From Polyangiales bacterium (GTDB lineage: Bacteria > Myxococcota_A > Polyangia > Polyangiales > Ga0077539), in contig JBGARZ010000021.1 in NCBI GenBank assembly GCA_044229975.1, positions 32,001 to 96,000 on the forward strand: a stretch of 64,000 nucleotides of DNA, written 5' to 3'. The notes under the pieces are model-generated. The model did no database searches. It saw nothing but the letters and a program-made list of their open reading frames with translations, and was not told where the DNA came from. Positions 60,616 to 64,000 of this stretch are shown here, piece after piece. Numbering within the stretch: position 1 is the first letter of the stretch; each line of letters opens with the position of its first letter. A program made the translations under genes and the position numbers.

Positions 60616-61575
60616 ATGGCAGCTCCGCGGCCGCAGCGCTGGCGATGGACGCTCCCCGTGACGGTGGCGCTCGCCCTCGTCGGGGCACCCACCTCGGCCC
60701 AACCGCGCGACGCTGCACGGGCAGAGGCGCGGGCGGCGTTTCGCGACGGCATGACGGCGTGGCGCGCGGGTGACTTCGTCCGCGCGGCGACACTCTTCCG
60801 ACAAGCTCAGTCGCTCTCGCCGCACCCCGATACGCAGTTCAATCTGGCGCGCGCCGAGGAGCGGGCGGGCAACGCCGCCGCCGCTGCGACTGCCTACGAG
60901 GATTACCTCCAACAGGCCCCGGCAGCCCCCGACGCCGACGCGGTGCGTGTGGTCATCGCGAGGTTGCGCGCGTCTCTTCCTGCCGTGGTGACGCCTCCCG
61001 TGGTGACGCCCCCCGTAGTGACGCCTCCCGTAGTGACGCCCCCCGTGGTGACGCCTCCCGTGGTGACGCCTCCCGTGGTGACGCCTCCCGTGGTGACGCC
61101 TCCGAGTACCTATGACCGTATTACCGAGCGCCGCCGGCGCCGCGTGTCGTTTCGACTCGGGCTCATCGGTGGCTTCGCCGCGCCCCGCGATCGACAGAAC
61201 CTCGCCGTCGGGGTCGAAGCGACGATGTTCATCGGGCGCTCGCTCACGCTGCTCGGACACGGCCTCTTCATCGACACCGACGGCGCGCCGAAGGTCGTCA
61301 CCGGGGAGGCCGGCTGGACCTTCGTCGGCGACGACTTCGACCTCGCGGTCCTCGCCCACGCCGGGGTGCTGCTGGAGTGTGACGCCGTCTGTCGTGAGGG
61401 CACCCAGCGCGGGTCGGCCGTCTTCCTCGGTGGCATCACCTTGAAGGTCGACGTGCTCTTCCACCCGCGCCTCTCCGTCGGTCTCTACGGTCGCTTCTCC
61501 TGGCAGGACCTCAACCTCCTCTCCAGCGACGCCCTCTTGTCTTCCATCGGGCTCTCCGTCAGCTTTCACCTGTGA
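60616..61575 (+). CDS. Exported TPR protein with (VVTPP)8 linker and C-terminal beta-barrel-like domain
   Basis: Signal peptide, EARAAFRDG...QFNLARAEE TPR, ends SIGLSVSFHL. Confidence 0.8.
   Translation: MAAPRPQRWRWTLPVTVALALVGAPTSAQPRDAARAEARAAFRDGMTAWRAGDFVRAATLFRQAQSLSPHPDTQFNLARAEERAGNAAAAATAYEDYLQQAPAAPDADAVRVVIARLRASLPAVVTPPVVTPPVVTPPVVTPPVVTPPVVTPPVVTPPVVTPPSTYDRITERRRRRVSFRLGLIGGFAAPRDRQNLAVGVEATMFIGRSLTLLGHGLFIDTDGAPKVVTGEAGWTFVGDDFDLAVLAHAGVLLECDAVCREGTQRGSAVFLGGITLKVDVLFHPRLSVGLYGRFSWQDLNLLSSDALLSSIGLSVSFHL
60985..61104 (+). repeat. 15-bp coding tandem repeat x8 (GTRGTGACGCCYCCS, encoding VVTPP)
   Basis: Read directly. Confidence 0.95.
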
Positions 61576-62930
61576 GCGCGTCCGACACCGCGACGCCCGT
61601 GATCGCGCCCCCCAGCGGGTCGGGCGAGCGCGTGCACACCGTTCGCATCGAGCGCGGCACCGCGTCGGTTCCGCCACCCGCGGCCCCGATCGACGCCGTC
61701 GACCCGGCCCTCGGGCGCGTGCTCGGCGGGCGATACGCCATCGAATCCGTCGTCGCCCGCGGCGGCATGGGCATCATCTATCGGGCCCGCCACCTCGCCG
61801 TCGGGCGCCCCGTGGCGGTGAAGATCCTGCGCGCCGACCTCGCCCGCAACACCGAGGCCCTCGCGCGCTTCCACCGCGAAGCGCAAGCCGCGGCGGCCAT
61901 CGGTCACCCGCACATCATCGAGGTCATCGACTTCGGGCACAGCCCCGAGGGCGACGCCTACCTCGTGATGGAGCTCATCGACGGCACCGACCTCGCCGGG
62001 CTCCTGCGCCGCGAGGGCAGGCTCCCGGTCGCTCGCGCCCTCGCCATCGTCCGCCAGGTCGCCGACGCGCTCGGCGCCGCGCACGCCAAGGGCATCGTCC
62101 ACCGCGACCTCAAATGCGAAAACGTCATGGTCCTCGCGCGCGGCGAGGAGGACTACGCCAAGGTGCTCGACTTCGGCATCTCCAAGGTGCTCGAAGACGA
62201 CCAGGGCCGCGCCCCCATCACCCGCGACGGCGTCGTGCTCGGAACGCCCCAGTACATGGCCCCCGAGCAGGGCTCCGACGGCGCGCTCGTCGACCACCGC
62301 GCCGACCTCTACGCGCTCGGGTGCATCTTCTTCGAGCTCCTCACCGGCACGCTCCCGTACGAGGGAAAGACGCCGATGGAGGTGATGTACAAGCACAACC
62401 ACGCGGCCATCCCCGTGCCCTCGTCACGCGTGACCCAGCACCGCGTCCCGTCGGCCATTGACGCCATCGTGGTGCGGCTCCTCGCCAAGTCCCGCGACGA
62501 TCGCTTCCCCGACGCGCGCGCCGTGGTCGACGCCCTCGACGCCGCGCTCTCGCCCGACCGGGGCGTCGTGCGCTGGCGCCGTCTCGTGGTCGCCGCCGTG
62601 CTCGTCGCTGTCGGCAGCCTCGTCACCGAGCTCGCGTGGCGCTCGCCCCACCACCCCGACCCCCCATCCGTCGTCGCGCGCACCATCGCCCGCCTGCCCG
62701 CCGCTCGTCGCGTGCCGACGGCTCCGCTGCGCCTGCCGACTGCGCCCGCGGCGCCGGTCGTTCCCGCGGTGGTGCCGACGACGGATGTCCCGCCCGTCGC
62801 GGTGGTGGCTCCGCTCGCGCCTCCGGTCGAGGCCGTCCGTCCGGCACGTCCGCTGCCGATCGTGCGTCGACGACCGCGCCCGACGGTCGTCGAGGATGAC
62901 GCCGGCCTCAGGCCCGATCCGTACGGGTGA
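61572..62930 (+). CDS. Ser/Thr protein kinase with TM helix and Pro-rich tail
   Basis: VARGGMGIIY, VAVK, HRDLKCEN, DFG, GTPQYMAPEQ. GTGA overlap with the TPR gene. Confidence 0.93.
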   Translation: MSASDTATPVIAPPSGSGERVHTVRIERGTASVPPPAAPIDAVDPALGRVLGGRYAIESVVARGGMGIIYRARHLAVGRPVAVKILRADLARNTEALARFHREAQAAAAIGHPHIIEVIDFGHSPEGDAYLVMELIDGTDLAGLLRREGRLPVARALAIVRQVADALGAAHAKGIVHRDLKCENVMVLARGEEDYAKVLDFGISKVLEDDQGRAPITRDGVVLGTPQYMAPEQGSDGALVDHRADLYALGCIFFELLTGTLPYEGKTPMEVMYKHNHAAIPVPSSRVTQHRVPSAIDAIVVRLLAKSRDDRFPDARAVVDALDAALSPDRGVVRWRRLVVAAVLVAVGSLVTELAWRSPHHPDPPSVVARTIARLPAARRVPTAPLRLPTAPAAPVVPAVVPTTDVPPVAVVAPLAPPVEAVRPARPLPIVRRRPRPTVVEDDAGLRPDPYG

Positions 62931-63642
62931 GCTCGCGCATCATCACCCGCCGCTCGCGTCGACCCACGATGGTCGCCAGCCGCGCGTAGAAACGCTCGGT
63001 CTCGCGCGCTACCCACGGCACCGTCGCCTCGCGGTGTCCGCGCACCCGCAGATCGGCCAGCACCGTCGTCGCGAGCGCCGCTCCCAGCCCCGTCCCCCGC
63101 GCCTCGGCGAACACCCCGATGGGGCCGAAGGTCCCCCGGTGCGCGAGGTTGCCCGAGTGCGCCGCAAAGCCCAGCCACGCGCCCTCGGTTGAGCGCGCGG
63201 CGAAGAGTCCATCGTGCGACAGCGCGCGCGTCGCCTCCCACGCCCACGCCGCGCCAAACCGCGCCTCGATCAGCGCGATGACCTCGCCCGCCCCGCGCAC
63301 CGTCTCGACTCCTTCGACCGCGCGCACCGCCACCGCTGTCTCCACCCGCAGGTCGACGTGCCCACCACGCGTCGCAAAGCCCACCGCGGCGAAGCGCTCG
63401 GCATCATCGTCGTCGACCCCGCTGTCGATGTAGTTGCCCGGCGGTCCACCCACCGTGAGACGCGTTGCGCCCAGCTCGCGCGAGCGCTCCATCACCGCGT
63501 CCAGCGAGCCCGCGTCGCCGTCCCACCAGGCGAGCCATGCCGTGCGCGATCCGTCCGCGGGCCCGGCCATCAACGACCCGCCGACGAGCGTCAGCGCCCG
63601 CGGCGGTCGGAGCTTCTCCGCCAGCGTCTCGGCGTCGATCAC
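62908..63642 (-). CDS. GNAT-family N-acetyltransferase
   Basis: FGPIGV..EARGTGLGAAL, ERFYAR. GTG overlaps the wecB stop. Confidence 0.8.
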   Translation of the reverse strand: MIDAETLAEKLRPPRALTLVGGSLMAGPADGSRTAWLAWWDGDAGSLDAVMERSRELGATRLTVGGPPGNYIDSGVDDDDAERFAAVGFATRGGHVDLRVETAVAVRAVEGVETVRGAGEVIALIEARFGAAWAWEATRALSHDGLFAARSTEGAWLGFAAHSGNLAHRGTFGPIGVFAEARGTGLGAALATTVLADLRVRGHREATVPWVARETERFYARLATIVGRRERRVMMRELTRTDRA

Positions 63643-64000
63643 CGCCACGCGTCGAGGAGCACCTGCGTCACGCGCTCGGCCGCCCGACCGTCCCAGCCCT
63701 CCACCGCGCGACCCTGCTTGTAGCGGCCCTCCAGCACCTCCAGCACCCGCGCCCACGCGGCGTCGAGGTCGTCGCCCACGAGGGTGTTGGTGCCGTCGGT
63801 CACCGTCGCCGGCCGCTCGGTGTTGCTCCGCAACGTCAGGCACGGAACCCCCAGCGCGGTCGTCTCCTCCTGGATGCCGCCAGAGTCGGTGAGCACCAGC
63901 GCGGCGTCGGCCATGAGCCCGAGGTTCTCCCGGTAGCCCAACGGGTCGCGCAGGTGGATCGCCGCGTTGGACGACAACCGATCGAGCAGACCGAAGCGCA
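63639..64000 (-). CDS. wecB: UDP-N-acetylglucosamine 2-epimerase (non-hydrolysing), C-terminal part
   Basis: PLGY, VLTDSGGIQEETTALGVPCLTLRSNTERP, WDGRAAER. Truncated by the window end. Confidence 0.93.
   Translation of the reverse strand, partial: RFGLLDRLSSNAAIHLRDPLGYRENLGLMADAALVLTDSGGIQEETTALGVPCLTLRSNTERPATVTDGTNTLVGDDLDAAWARVLEVLEGRYKQGRAVEGWDGRAAERVTQVLLDAWR

Overview
A 64-kb window of very GC-rich bacterial chromosome. Its content (five Hanks-type Ser/Thr kinases, Cys-rich lipoproteins, AgmX/TonB-C-like domains, TPR proteins) points to a myxobacterium (Myxococcota, probably Polyangiales-like); this taxonomy is inference. I call about 48 CDSs. Recognisable genes are ald, tyrS, a Gld-like ABC operon with a DUF4340 partner, a stomatin, an RRM protein, a TolC, a Clp ATPase, tlyA and a partial wecB. 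I saw no rRNA, tRNA, CRISPR array, transposase, integrase or reverse transcriptase. The best candidates for undescribed systems are: (1) a surface-fibre locus at 4.8-11.1 kb, whose fibre has a YQGRL-type N-domain, a collagen stalk and three C-type-lectin-like heads, with a lower-GC tip segment; (2) a three-gene MoxR/RavA-type operon with two unknown partners and no adjacent vWA gene; (3) a ParA carrying two N-terminal zinc ribbons, coupled to a ribbon-helix-helix protein; (4) two tandem FecR-VIT-vWA-TPR lipoproteins behind a kinase. Non-coding or unannotated features include an 88-bp perfect inverted repeat with 41-bp tandem repeats, a 123-bp MITE-like element at a stop codon, a 49-aa basic ORF missing from the ORF track, and many apparently leaderless genes, including a divergent pair sharing one -10 region. 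All domain calls come from reading motifs by eye; no searches were run.
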